This document shows positions 1-12,975 of a stretch of DNA of 64,000 nucleotides, one piece after another. Each line of letters opens with the position of its first letter. Positions within the stretch are counted from its first letter, which is position 1. A model generated the notes under the pieces. It saw only the letters and a list, made by a program, of their open reading frames with translations, did not search any database and had not been told where the DNA came from. The stretch is from the human T2T-CHM13v2.0 reference genome, Homo sapiens: NCBI RefSeq assembly GCF_009914755.1, contig NC_060938.1, one strand, 5' to 3'. Position numbers and translations under genes: made by a program.

Positions 1-430
1 TGGAATGGAATGGAAAGGAATGGAATGGAATGAAGTGGAATGGATCGGAATGGAATCCAATGGAATCAACTGGAATGGAATGGAATGGAATGGAATGGAA
101 TGGAATAAATCCTGGTGGAGTGGAATGGAATGTAATGGAGTGGAATGTAATGGAATATAGTGTAATGGAATGGAATGGAATGGAATGGAATGAAATGGAT
201 TGGATCGGAATGGAATCCAATGGAATCAACTGGAATGGAATGGCATGGAATGGAATGGAATGGAATGGAAGGGAATGGAATAGAATGGAATGGAATAAAT
301 CCGGATGGAGTGGAATGGAATGTAATGGAGTGGAATTGAATGGAATTTAGAGCAATGGAATGGAATGGAATGGAATGGAATGGAATGGAATCAAACCGAA
401 ATGGATGGCATGGAATGGAATTCAATGGAA
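1..430 (+). repeat. Paralogous block, copy of ~4785-5230
   Basis: Shared rare variants: AAATCCTGGTGG (CCT at 111/4893), CCGGATGGAG (301/5088), TTTAGAGCAAT, TCAAACCGAAATGGATGGC (391/5198); offset ~4.78-4.81 kb. Confidence 0.8.
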
Positions 431-879
431 TGGAATGGAATTGAATGAAAGGGAATCAACCCAAGAGAAATGGAATGGAATGGAATGCACTGGAATCCAC
501 CCGAGTGGAATGGAATGGAATGGAATGGAATTGAATGGAATGGAGTGGAATGGAACGGAATGGAGTGGAATGGATTAAACACCAGGGGAATAAAATGGAT
601 TGGAATGAAATGGAATGGAAAGGAATGGAATGGAATGAAATCAACACGAGTGGAATGGAACGGAATGGAATGGCATGGAAAGGAATGAATGGAATGGAAT
701 GGTGTGGAATCAACAGGAGAGGAATGGAATGGAATGGAATGGAAAGGAACGGAATGGAAAGGAATGGAATGGAATGAACCCGAATTTAATGGAATGGATT
801 GGAAAGGAATGGAATGGAATCAACCCGAGTGTAAAGGAATGGAATGGAATGGATTCGACTGGAATGTAATGGAATGGAA

Positions 880-3120
880 TGAAATGGAATGGAATCAACA
901 CGAATGGAATGGAACGGAATGGAATGGAAGGGGATGGAATGGAATGGAATGGAAGTTAATCAACACGAATGGAATGGAACGGAATGGACGGGAATGGAAT
1001 GGAAAGAACCCGAATGGAATGGAATGGATTGGAATGGAATGGAATGTAATCAACCCGAGCAGAAAGGAATGGAATGGAATGGAGTGGAATGGAATGTAAT
1101 GTAATGGAATGGAATGGGATGGAATCAACACGAATGGAATGGAACGGAATGGAATGGGATGGGATGGAATGGAATGGAATGGAAGTTAATCAACACGAAT
1201 GGAATGGAAAGGAATGGAATGGAATGGATTGGAACGGAACAGAACGGAATGGAATGGAATGGAATGGAATGGAATAGAATGGAATGAAATGGAAAGGAAC
1301 GGAATGGAATCAACACGAGTGTATAGGAATGGAACGGAATGGAATCAACCCGAGTGGAATGAAATGGAATGTAATGCAATGGGATGGAGTGGAATAAACC
1401 CGAGTGGAATGGAATGGAATGGAATGAAATGGTATGGATTGGAATGGAATCCAATGGAATCAACTGGAATGGAATGGAATGGAATGGAATAAATCCGGGT
1501 GGGGTGGAATGGAATGTAATGGAGTGGAAAGGAATGGAATATAGTGGAATGGAATGGAATGGAACGGAATGGAATGGAATCAACCCGAATGGAATGGAAC
1601 GGAATGGAATGGAAAGGAAAGGAATGGAATGGAATGGAATGGAATGGAATGGAATGGAATGGAATGGAATGGAATGGCATGAAATGGAATGGATCGGAAT
1701 GGAATCCAACGGAATCAACTGGAATGGAATGGAAGGGAATGGAATGGAATGGAATGGAATGGAATAAATCCGGGTGGAGTGGAATGGAATGTAATGGAGT
1801 GGAATGTAATGGAATTTAGTGGAATGGATTGGAATGGAATGGAATGGAATGGAATGGAATGAAATGGATTGGATCGGAATGGAATCCAATTGAATCAACT
1901 GGAATGCAATGGAATATAATGGAATGGAATAAATCCGGGTCGAGTGGAATGGAATGTAATGGAGTGGAATGGAATGGAATTTAGTGGAATGGAATGGAAT
2001 GGAATCAACCCGAATGGAATGGAACGGAATGGAATGGAAAGGAATGGAATGGAATGGAATGGAATCAACCCGAATGGGATGGCATGGAATGGAATCGAAA
2101 GGAATGGACTGGAATGGAATGGAATGGACTGGAATGGAATCAACCCAAGTGCAATGGAATGGAATGGAATGCAATGGAATCCACCTGAGTGGAATGGAAT
2201 GGAATGGAATGGAATGGAAAGGAATGGAGTGGAATGGAATGGAATGTAGTGGAATGGAATAAACACCAGGGGAATGAAATGGATTGGAATGAATTGGAAT
2301 GGAATGGAATGGAATGGAATGAAATCAACCCGAGTGGAATGGAACACAATGGAATGAATGGAAGGGAATGGTGTCGAATCAACACGAGAGGAATGGAATG
2401 GAATGGAATGGAAAGGAACGGAATGGAAAGGAAGGGAATGGAATGAACCCGAATGGAATGGAATGGAATGGAATGGAATCAACACGAATGGAATGGAACG
2501 GAATGGATTGGGATGGGATGGAACGGAATGGAATGGAATGGAATGGAATCAACACGAAAGGAATGGAACGGAATGGAATGGAATGGAAAGGAATGGAATG
2601 GAATGGAATGGAATGAACCCGAATGGAATGGAATGGATTGGAATGGAATGGAGTGGAATCAACCCGAGCGGAAAGGAATGGAATGGAATGGGGTGGAATG
2701 GAATGGAATGGAATGGAATGGAATGGAATCCACACGAATGGAATGGAACGGAATGGAATGGGATGGGATGAAATGGAATGGAATGGAAGTTAATCAACAC
2801 GAATGGAATGGAACGGAATGGAGTGGAATAGAATGGAATGGAATGAACCCCAATGGAATGGAATGGATTGGAATGGAATGGAAGGGAATCAACCCGAGCA
2901 GAAAGGAATGGAATGGAATGGAGTGGAATGGAATGGAATGTAACGGAATGGAATGGAATGGAATCAAAACGAATGGAATGGAACAGAATGAAATGGCAAG
3001 GGATGGAATGCAATGGGATGGAAGTTAATCAACACGAATGGAATGGAACGGAATGGAATGGAACGGAACGGAATGGATTGGAAAGGAATGGAATGGAATG
3101 GAATGGAATGGAATGAAACG
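880..3120 (+). repeat. Paralogous block, copies at ~9480-11320 (partial) and ~27290-29530
   Basis: GGACGGGAAT (986/9584/27392), CCGGGTCGAG (1935/10513/28341), landmark (2261/10864/28692), CAAAACGAAT (2965/29381), AAATGGCAAGGG (2991/29407); offsets ~8.6 kb and ~26.4 kb. Confidence 0.85.
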
Positions 3121-3734
3121 GAAAGGAACGGAATGGAATCAACACGAGTGGAATGGAATGGAACGGAATGGAATCAACCCGAGTGGAATGAAATGGAATG
3201 TAATGTAATGGGATGGAGTGGAATCAACCCGAGTGGAATGGAATGTAATGGAATGGAATGAAATGGAACGGATCGGAATGGAATCCAATGGAATCAACTG
3301 GAATGGAATGTAATGGAATGGAATGGAAAGGAATAAATCCGGGTGGAGTGGAATGGAATGTAATGGAGTGGAATGTAATGGAATTTAGTGGAATGGAATG
3401 GAATGGAATGGAATGGAATGCAATTGAATGAAATGGATTGGATCGGAATATAATCCAATGGAATAAACCGGAATGGAATGGAATGGAATGGAATGAAATG
3501 GATTGGATCGGAATGGAATCCAATGGAATCAACTGGAATGGAATGGAATGGAATGGAATAAATCCAGGTGGAGTGGAATGGAATGTAATGGAGTGGAACG
3601 GAATGGAATTTACTAGAATGGAATGCAATGGAATGGAATGGAATGGAATGGAATGGAATTAACCAGAGAGGAATGGAATGGAATGGAATGGAAAGGAATG
3701 GAATGGAATGGAATGGAATGGAATGGAATGGAAT

Positions 3735-4880
3735 GGAATCAACCCGAATGGGATGGCATGGAATGGAATTGAATGGAATGGAATGGAATGGAATCAACCA
3801 AAGTGCAATGGAATGGAATGGAATGCCATGCAATCCACCCTAGTGGAATGGAATGGAAAGGAATGGAATGGAATGAAATGGAATGGAATGGAATGGAATA
3901 AACACCAGGGGAATGAAATGGATTGGAATGAAATGGAATGGAATGGAATGGAATGGAATGGAATGGAATGAAATCAACCCGAGTGGAATGGAACGGAATT
4001 GAATGGAATGGAAAGGAATGAATGGAATTGAATGGTGTGGAATCAACACGAGAGGAATGGAATGGAATCGAATGGAACGGAACGGAATGGAAAGGAATGC
4101 AATGGAATGGAACGGAACAGAATGGAAAGGAATGGAATGGAATGAAACCGAATGGAATGGAATGGTCTGGAATTTAATGGAATGGAATCAACCCGAGCGG
4201 AAAGGAATGGAATGGAATGGAGTGGAATGAAATGTAATGTAATGTAATGTAATGGAACGGAATGGAATCAACACGAATAGAATGGAACGGAATGTAATGG
4301 GATGGGAAGGAATGGAATGGAATGGAAGTTCATCAACACGAATGGAATGGAACGGATTGGAATGGAATGAACCCGAATGGAATGGAATGGATTGGAATGG
4401 AATGGAATGGAATCAACACGAGCGGAAAGGAATGGAATGGAATGGAGTGGATTGGAATGGAATGGAATGGAATGGAATGGAATGGAATCAACACGAATGG
4501 AATGGAACGGAATGGAATGGGATGGGATGGAATGGAATGGACTGGAAGTTAATCAACACGAATGGAATGGAAAGGAATGGAATGGAATGGAATGGAACGG
4601 AACGGAAAGGAATGGAATGGAATGGAATGGAATGGAATGGAATGGAATGGAATGAAATGAAATGGAAAGGAAGCAAATGGAATCAACACGAGTGGAATGG
4701 AATGGAACGGAATGGAATCAACCCGAGTGGAATGAAATGGAATGTAATGCAATGGGATGGAGTGGAATCAACCCGAGTGGAATGGAATGGAATGGAAAGG
4801 AATGGAATGGAATGAAGTGGAATGGATCGGAATGGAATCCAATGGAATCAACTGGAATGGAATGGAATGGAATGGAATGG
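3735..4880 (+). repeat. Paralogous ~1.15 kb block, copy at ~7480-8630
   Basis: GCCATGCAATCCACCCTAGT (3825/7571), landmark (3900/7646), GAAGTTCATC (4325/8066), AAGCAAATGG (4671/8417); offset 3741-3746. Confidence 0.87.
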
Positions 4881-6589
4881 AATGGAATAAATCCTGGTGG
4901 AGTGGAATGGAATGTAATGGAGTGGAATGTAATGGAATATAGTGTAATGGAATGGAATGGAATGGAATGGAATGAAATGGATTGGATCGGAATGGAATCC
5001 AATGGAATCAACTGGAATGGAATGGCATGGAATGGAATGGAATGGAATGGAATGGAATGGAATGGAATAGAATGGAATGGAATAAATCCGGATGGAGTGG
5101 AATGGAATGTAATGGAGTGGAATTGAATGGAATTTAGAGCAATGGAATGGAATGGAATGGAATGGAATGGAATGGAATGGAATGGAATGGAATGGAATCA
5201 AACCGAAATGGATGGCATGGAATGGAATGCAATGGAATGGAATGGAATGGAAAGGAATGGAATGGAATGGAAGGGAATCAACCCGAATGAGATGGCATGG
5301 AATGGAATTGAATGGAATGGAATGGAATGGAATGGAATGGAATCCACCCAAGTGCAATGGAATGGAATGGAATGCAAAGGAATCCACCTGAGTGGAGTGG
5401 AATGGATTGGAACGGAATGGAATGGAATGGAATGGAGTGGAATGGAACGGAATGGAGTGGAATGGAATAAACACCAGGGGAATGAAATGGATTGGAATGA
5501 AATGGAATGGAATGGAATGAAATCAACCAGAGTGGAATGCAGCAGAATGGAATTGAATGGAAAGGAATGAATGGAATGGAATGGGGTGGAATCCACACGA
5601 GAGGAATGGAATGGAATGGAATGGAAAGGAACGGAATGGAAAGCAATGGAATGGAGTGAACCCGAATGGAATGGAATGGATCGGAATGGAATGGAATGGA
5701 ATCAACCCGAGCGGAAAGGAATGGAATGCAATGGGGTGGAATGAAATGTAATGTAATGGAATGGAATGGAATGAAATCAACACGAATGGAATGGAATGGA
5801 ATGGAATTGGATGGGATGGAATGGAATGGAATGGAAGTTAATCAACACGAATGGAATGGATCCGAATGTAATCGAATGGAATGGAATGGAATGGAATGAA
5901 ATGGAAAGGAACGGATTGGAATCAACACGAGTGGAATGGAATGGAATGTAATGCAGTGGGATGGAGTGGAATCAACCCGAGTGGAATGGAATGGAATGGA
6001 ATGGAATGGAATGGAATGGATTGGAATGGAACGGAATAGAGTGGAATGGAATAAACAACAGGGGAATGAATTGGATTGGAAATAAATGGAATGGAATGGA
6101 ATGGAATGAAATCAAACCGAGAGGAATGCAACGGAATGGAATGGAATGGAAAGGAATGAATGTAATGGAATGGGGTGGAATCAACACGAGAGGAATGGAA
6201 TGGAATGGAATGGAAAGGAACGGAATGGAAAGGAATGTAATGGAATGGAATGGAATCAATACGAATGGAATGGAACGGAATGGAATGGGATGGGATGGAA
6301 TGGAATGGAATGGAATGGAATCAACACGAATGGAATGGAACGGAATGGAATGGGATGGGATGGAATGGAATGGAATGGAAGTTAATCAACACGAATGGAA
6401 TGGAACGGAATGGAATGGAATGCAATGGAATGGAATGAACCCGAATGGAATGGAATGGATTGGAATGGAATGGAATGGAATCAACCCGAGCGGAAAGGAA
6501 TGGAATGGAATGGAGTGGAATGGAATTTAATGGAATGGAATGGAATGGAATGGAATGGAATGGAATGGAATGGAACGGAATGGAGTGGA

Positions 6590-7340
6590 ATGCAATAAAC
6601 ACCAGGGGAATGAAATTGATTGGAATGAAGTGGAATGGAATGGAATGGAATGGAATGAAATCAACCCGAGTGGAATGGAACGGAATGGAATGGAATGGAA
6701 AGGAATGAATGGAAAGGAATGGTGTCGAATCAACACGAAAGGAATGGAATGGAATGGAATGGAACGGAACGGAATGGAAAGGAATGGAATGGAATGAACC
6801 CGAATGGAATGGAATGGATTGGAATGGAATGGAATGGAATCAACCCGAGCGAAAAGGAACAAAATGGAATGGAGTGGAATGTAATGTAATGGAATGGAAT
6901 GGAATGGAGTCAACACAAATGGAATGGAACGGAATGGAATAGGATAGGATGGAATGGTATGGAATGGAAGTTAATCAACACGAATGGAATGGAATAGAAT
7001 GGAATGGAATGGAATGGAAAGGAATGGAATGGAATGGAATGGAATAGAATGGAATCAAATGGAAAGGAACGGAATGGACTCAACACGAGTGGAATGGAAT
7101 GGAATGGAATGGAATCAACCCCAGTGGAATGAACTGGAATGTAATGCAATGGGATGGAGTGAAATCAACCCGAGTGGAATGGAATGGAATGGAATGGAAT
7201 GCAATGCAATGGAATGGAGTAAATCTGGGTGGAGTGGAATGCAATGAAACGGAGTGGAATGTAATGGAATTTAGTGGAATGGAATGGAATGGAATGGAAT
7301 GAAATGGATTGGATCGGAATGGAATCCAATGGAATCAACT
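6590..7340 (+). repeat. Unit variant with copies at ~21890-22700 and ~37670-38530 (partial at ~20045-20550)
   Basis: Shared TGCAATAAAC landmark context, CAACACAAATGG, GATAGGATGGAATGGTAT, GGAATCAAATGG, CAACCCCAGTGGAATGAACTGG, AAATCTGGGT...GAAACGG. GAAATTGATT is shared by the 6597 and 37677 copies. Confidence 0.8.
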
Positions 7341-10300
7341 GCACTGGAATGGAATGGAATGGAATGCAATGGAATAAATCCGGGTGGAGTGGAATGGAAT
7401 GTAATGGAGTGGAATGGAATGGAATTTAGTGGAATGGAATGGAAAGGAATGGAATGAAAAGGAATGGAATAGAATGGAATGGAATCAACCCGAATGGGAT
7501 GGCATGGAATGGAATTGAATGGAATGGAATGGAATGGAATCAACCCAAGTGCAATGGAATGGAATGGAATGCCATGCAATCCACCCTAGTGGAATGGAAT
7601 GGAAAGGAATGGAATAGAATGAAATGGAATGGAATGGAATGGAATAAACACCAGGGGAATGAAATGGATTGGAATGAAATGGAATGGAATGGAATGGAAT
7701 GGAATGAAATCAACCCGAGTGGAATGGAACGGAATTGAATGGAATGGAAAGGAATGAATGGAATTGAATGGTGTGGAATCAACACGAGAGGAATGGAATG
7801 GAATCGAATGGAACGGAACGGAATGGAAAGGAATGCAATGGAATGGAACGGAACAGAATGGAAAGGAATGGAATGGAATGAAACCGAATGGAATGGAATG
7901 GTTTGGAATTTAATGGAATGGAATCAACCCGAGCCGAAAGGAATGGAATGGAATGGAGTGGAATGAAATGTAATGTAATGTAATGTAATGTAATGGAACG
8001 GAATGGAATCAACACGAATGGAATGGAACGGAATGTAATGGGATGGGAAGGAATGGAATGGAATGGAAGTTCATCAACACGAATGGAATGGAACGGAATG
8101 GAATGGAATGGAATGGAATGAACCCAAATGGAATGGAATGGATTGGAATGGAATGGAATGGAATCAACACGAGCGGAAAGGAATGGAATGGAATGGAGTG
8201 GATTGGAATGGAATGGAATGGAATGGAATCAACACGAATGGAATGGAACGGAATGGAATGGGATGGGATGGATTGGAATGGACTGGAAGTTAATCAACAC
8301 GAATGGAATGGAAAGGAATGGAATGGAATGGAATGGAACGGAACGGAAAGGAATGGAATGGAATGGAATGGAATAGAATGGAATGGAATGGAATGGAATG
8401 AAATGAAATGGAAAGGAAGCAAATGGAATCAACACGAGTGGAATGGAATGGAACGGAATGGAATCAACCCGAGTGGAATGAAATGGAATGTAATGCAATG
8501 GGATGGAGTGGAATCAACCCGAGTGGAATGGAATGGAATGGAAAGGAATGGAATGGAATGAAGTGGAATGGATCGGAATGGAATCCAATGGAATCAACTG
8601 GAATGGAATGGAATGGAATGGAATGGAATGGAATGGAATCAACACGAATGCAATGGAACGGAATGGAATGGGATGGGATGGAATGGAATGGAATGGAAGT
8701 CAATCAACGCGAATGGAATGGAACGGAACGGAATGGAATGGAATGGAATGGAATGGAATGGAATGAACCCGAATGCAATGGAATTGATTGGAATTGAAAG
8801 GAATGGAATCAACCCGAGCGGAAATGAATGGAATGGAATGGAGTGGAATGGAATGTAACGGAATGGAATGGAATGGAATGGAATGGAATGGAATGAAATG
8901 GAGTGGAATGGAACGGAATGGTTTGGAATGGAATACACACCAGGGGAATGAAATGGATTGGAAAGAAATGGAATGGAATGGAATGGAATGAAATCAACCC
9001 GAGTGGAATGCAACGGAATGGAATGGAATGGAAAGGAATGAAGGTAATGGAATGGGGTGGAATCTACAGGAGAGGAATGGAATGGAATGGAATGGAAAGG
9101 AACGGAATGGAATCAACATGAGTGGATAGGAATGGAACGGAGTGGAATTAACCCGAGTGGAATGAAATGGAATGTAATGCAATGGGATGGAGTGGAATAA
9201 ACCCGAGTGGAATGGAATGGAATGGAATGAAATGGTATGGATTGGAATGGAATCCAATGGAATCAACTGGAATGGAATGGAATGGAATGGAATGGAATGG
9301 AATGGAATGGAATAAATCCGGGTGGAGTGGAATGGAATGTAATGGAGTGGAAAGGAATGGAATATAGTGGAATGGAATGGATTGGAATGGAATGGAATGG
9401 AATCAACCCGAGCGGAAAGGAATGGAATGGAATGGAGTGGAATGGAATGTAATGGAATGGAATGGAATGGAATGGAGTGGAATGGAAAGGAATCAACACG
9501 AATGGAATGGAACGGAATGGAATGGGATGGGATGGAATGGAATGGAATGGAAGTTAATCAACACGAATGGAATGGAACGGAATGGACGGGAATGGAATGG
9601 AAAGAACCCGAATGGAATGGAATGGATTAGAATGGAATGGAATGTAATCAACCCGAGCAGAAAGGAATGGAATGGAATGGAGTGGAATGGAATGTAATGT
9701 AATGGAATGGAATGGGATGGAATCAACACGAATGGAATGGAACGGAATGGAATGGGATGGGATGGAATGGAATGGAATGGAAGTTAATCAACACGAATGG
9801 AATGGAAAGGAATGGAATGGAATGGAATGTAACGGAACAGAACGGAATGGAATGGAAAGGAATGGAATAGAATGGAATGAAATGGAAAGGAACGGAATGG
9901 AATCAACATGAGTGGATAGGAATGGAACGGAATGGAATTAACACGAGTGGAATGAAATGGAATGTAATGCAATGGGATGGAGTGGAATAAACCCGAGTGG
10001 AATGGAATGGAATGGAATGAAATGGTATGGATTGGAATGGAATCCAATGGAATCAACTGGAATGGAATGGAATGAAATGGAATGGAATGGAATAAATCCG
10101 GGTGGAGTGGAATGGAATGTAATGGAGTGGAAAGGAATGAAATATAGTGGAATGGAATGGAATGGAACGGAATGGAATGGAATCAACCCGAATGGAATGG
10201 AACGGAATGGAATGGAAAGGAAAGGAATGGAATGGAATGGAATGGAATGGAATGGAATGGCATGAAATGGAATGGATCGGAATGGAATCCAACGGAATCA

Positions 10301-12975
10301 ACTGGAATGGAATGGAAGGGAATGGAATGGAATGGAATGGAATGGAATAAATCCGGGTGGAGTGGAATGGAATGTAATGGAGTGGAATGTAATGGAATTT
10401 AGTGGAATGGATTGGAATGGAATGGAATGGAATGGAATGAAATGGATTGGATCGGAATGGAATCCAATTGAATCAACTGGAATGGAATGGAATAGAATGG
10501 AATGGAATTAATCCGGGTCGAGTGGAATGGAATGTAATGGAGTGGAATGGAATGGAATTTAGTGGAATGGAATGGAATGGAATCAACCCGAATGGAATGG
10601 AAAGGAATGGAATGGAAAGGAATGGAATGGAATGGAATGGAATGGAATGGAATGGAATCAACCCGAATGGGATGGCATGGAATGGAATCGAATGGAATGG
10701 ACTGGAATGGAATGCAATGGACTGGAATGGAATCAACCCAAGTGCAATGGAATGGAATGGAATGCAATGGAATCCACCCGAGTGGAATGGAATGCAATGG
10801 AATGGAATGGAATGGAATGGAAAGGAATGGAGTGGAATGGAATGGAATGGAGTGGAATGGAATAAACACCAGGGGAATGAAATGGATTGGAATGAATTGG
10901 AATGGAATGGAATGGAATGGAATGAAATCAACCCGAGTGGAATGGAACGCAATGGAATGAATGGAAGGGAATGGTGTCGAATCAACACGAGAGGAATGGA
11001 ATGGAATGGAATGGAAAGGAACGGAATGGAAAGGAAGGGAATGGAATGAACCCGAATGGAATGGAATGGAATGGAATGGAATCAACACGAATCAAATGGA
11101 ACGGAATGGATTGGGATGGGATGGAACGGAATGGAATGGAATGGAATGGAATCAACACGAAAGGAATGGAACGGAATGGAATGGAATGGAATGGAATGGA
11201 ATGGAATGAACCCGAATGGAATGGAATGGATTGGAATGGAATGGAGTGGAATCAACCCGAGCGGAAAGGAATGGAATGGAATGGGGTGGAATGGAATGGA
11301 ATGGAATGGAATGGAATGGAGTGGAGTGGAATGGAACGGAATGGAGTGGAATGGAATAAACACCAGGGGAATGAAATGGATTGGAATAAAATGGAATGGA
11401 ATGGAATGGAATGGAAAGAAATCAACCCGAGTGGAATGGAACGGAATGGAATGGAATGGAAAGGAATGAATGGAAGGGAATGCTGTGGAATCAACACGAC
11501 AGGAATGGAATGGAATGGCATGGAACGGAACAGAATGGAAAGGAATGGAAAGGAATGAACCCGAATGGAATGGAATGGATTGGAATGGAAGGGAATTGAA
11601 TCAACCCGAGTGGAAAGGCATGGAATGGAATGGAGTGGAATGTAATGTAATGGAATGGAATGGAATGGAATGGAATCAACACGAATGGAATGGAACGGAA
11701 TGGAATGGGATGGAATGGAATGGAATGGAATGGAAGTTAATCAACACGAATGGAATGGATCGGAATGTAATCGAATGGAATGGAATGGAATGGAATGAAA
11801 TGGAAAGGAACGGATTGGAATCAACACGAGTGGAATGGAATGGAACGGAATGGAATCAACCCGAGTGGAATGAAATGGAATGTAATGCAATGGGATGGAG
11901 TGGAATCAACCCGAGTGGAATGGAAAGGAATGGAATGGAATGGAATGGAATGGAATGGAATGGAATGGATTGGAATGGAATCCAATGGAATCAACTGGAA
12001 TGGAATGGAATGGAATGGAATGGAAAGGAACGGAATGGAAAGCAATGGAATGGAGTGAACCCGAATGGAATGGAATGGATCGGAATGGAATGGAATGGAA
12101 TCAACCCGAGCGGAAAGGAATGGAATGCAATGGAGTGGAATGAAATGGAATGGAATGGAATGGAATGGAATGGAATGGAATGGAATGGAATTGGATGGGA
12201 TGGAATGGAATGGAATGGAAGTTAATCAACACGAATGGAATGGATCGGAATGTAATCGAATGGAATGGAATGGAATGGAATGGAATGGAAAAGAACGGAA
12301 TGGAATCAACACGAGTGGAATGGAATGGAACGGAATGGAATCAACCCGAGTGGAATGAAATGGAATGTAATGCAATGGGATGGAGTGGAATCAACCCGAG
12401 TGGAATGGAAAGGAATGGAATGGAATGGAATGGAATGGAATGGAATGGATTGGAATGGAATCCAATGGAATCAACAGGAATGGAATGGAACGGAATGGAA
12501 TGGAATGGAATGGAATGGAATGGAATGGAATAAATCCGGGTGGAGTGGAATGGAATGTAATGGAGTGGAATGTAATGGAATTTAGTGGAATGGAATGGAA
12601 TGGATTGGAATGGAATGAAATGGACTGGATCGGAATGGAAGGCAATGGAATCAACTGGAATGGAATGGAATGGAATGGAATGGAATGGAATGGAATGGAA
12701 TAAATCCGGGTTGAGTGGAATGGAATGTAATGGAGTAGAATGTAATGGAATTTAGTGGAATGGAATGGAATGGAATGGAATGGAAAGGAATCAACCCGAA
12801 TGGAATGGAAAGGAATCGAATGGAAATAAATGGAATGGAATGGAATGGAATCAACCCAAGTGCAATGGAATGGAATGGAATGCAATGGAGCCACCCGAGT
12901 GGAATGGAATGGAATGGAATGGAATGGAATGGAATCTAATGGAGTGGAATGGAACTTAATGGAGTGGAATGGAAT

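Noticed and set aside
1151-1170. Canonical G-quadruplex at GGGATGGGAT and CAGGGG modules
   Set aside because: At most 2-3 adjacent GGG tracts occur, so the four-tract G3 pattern is not met. Non-canonical GGA-based pairing of (TGGAA)n is a generic property of the repeat, not specific to this window.
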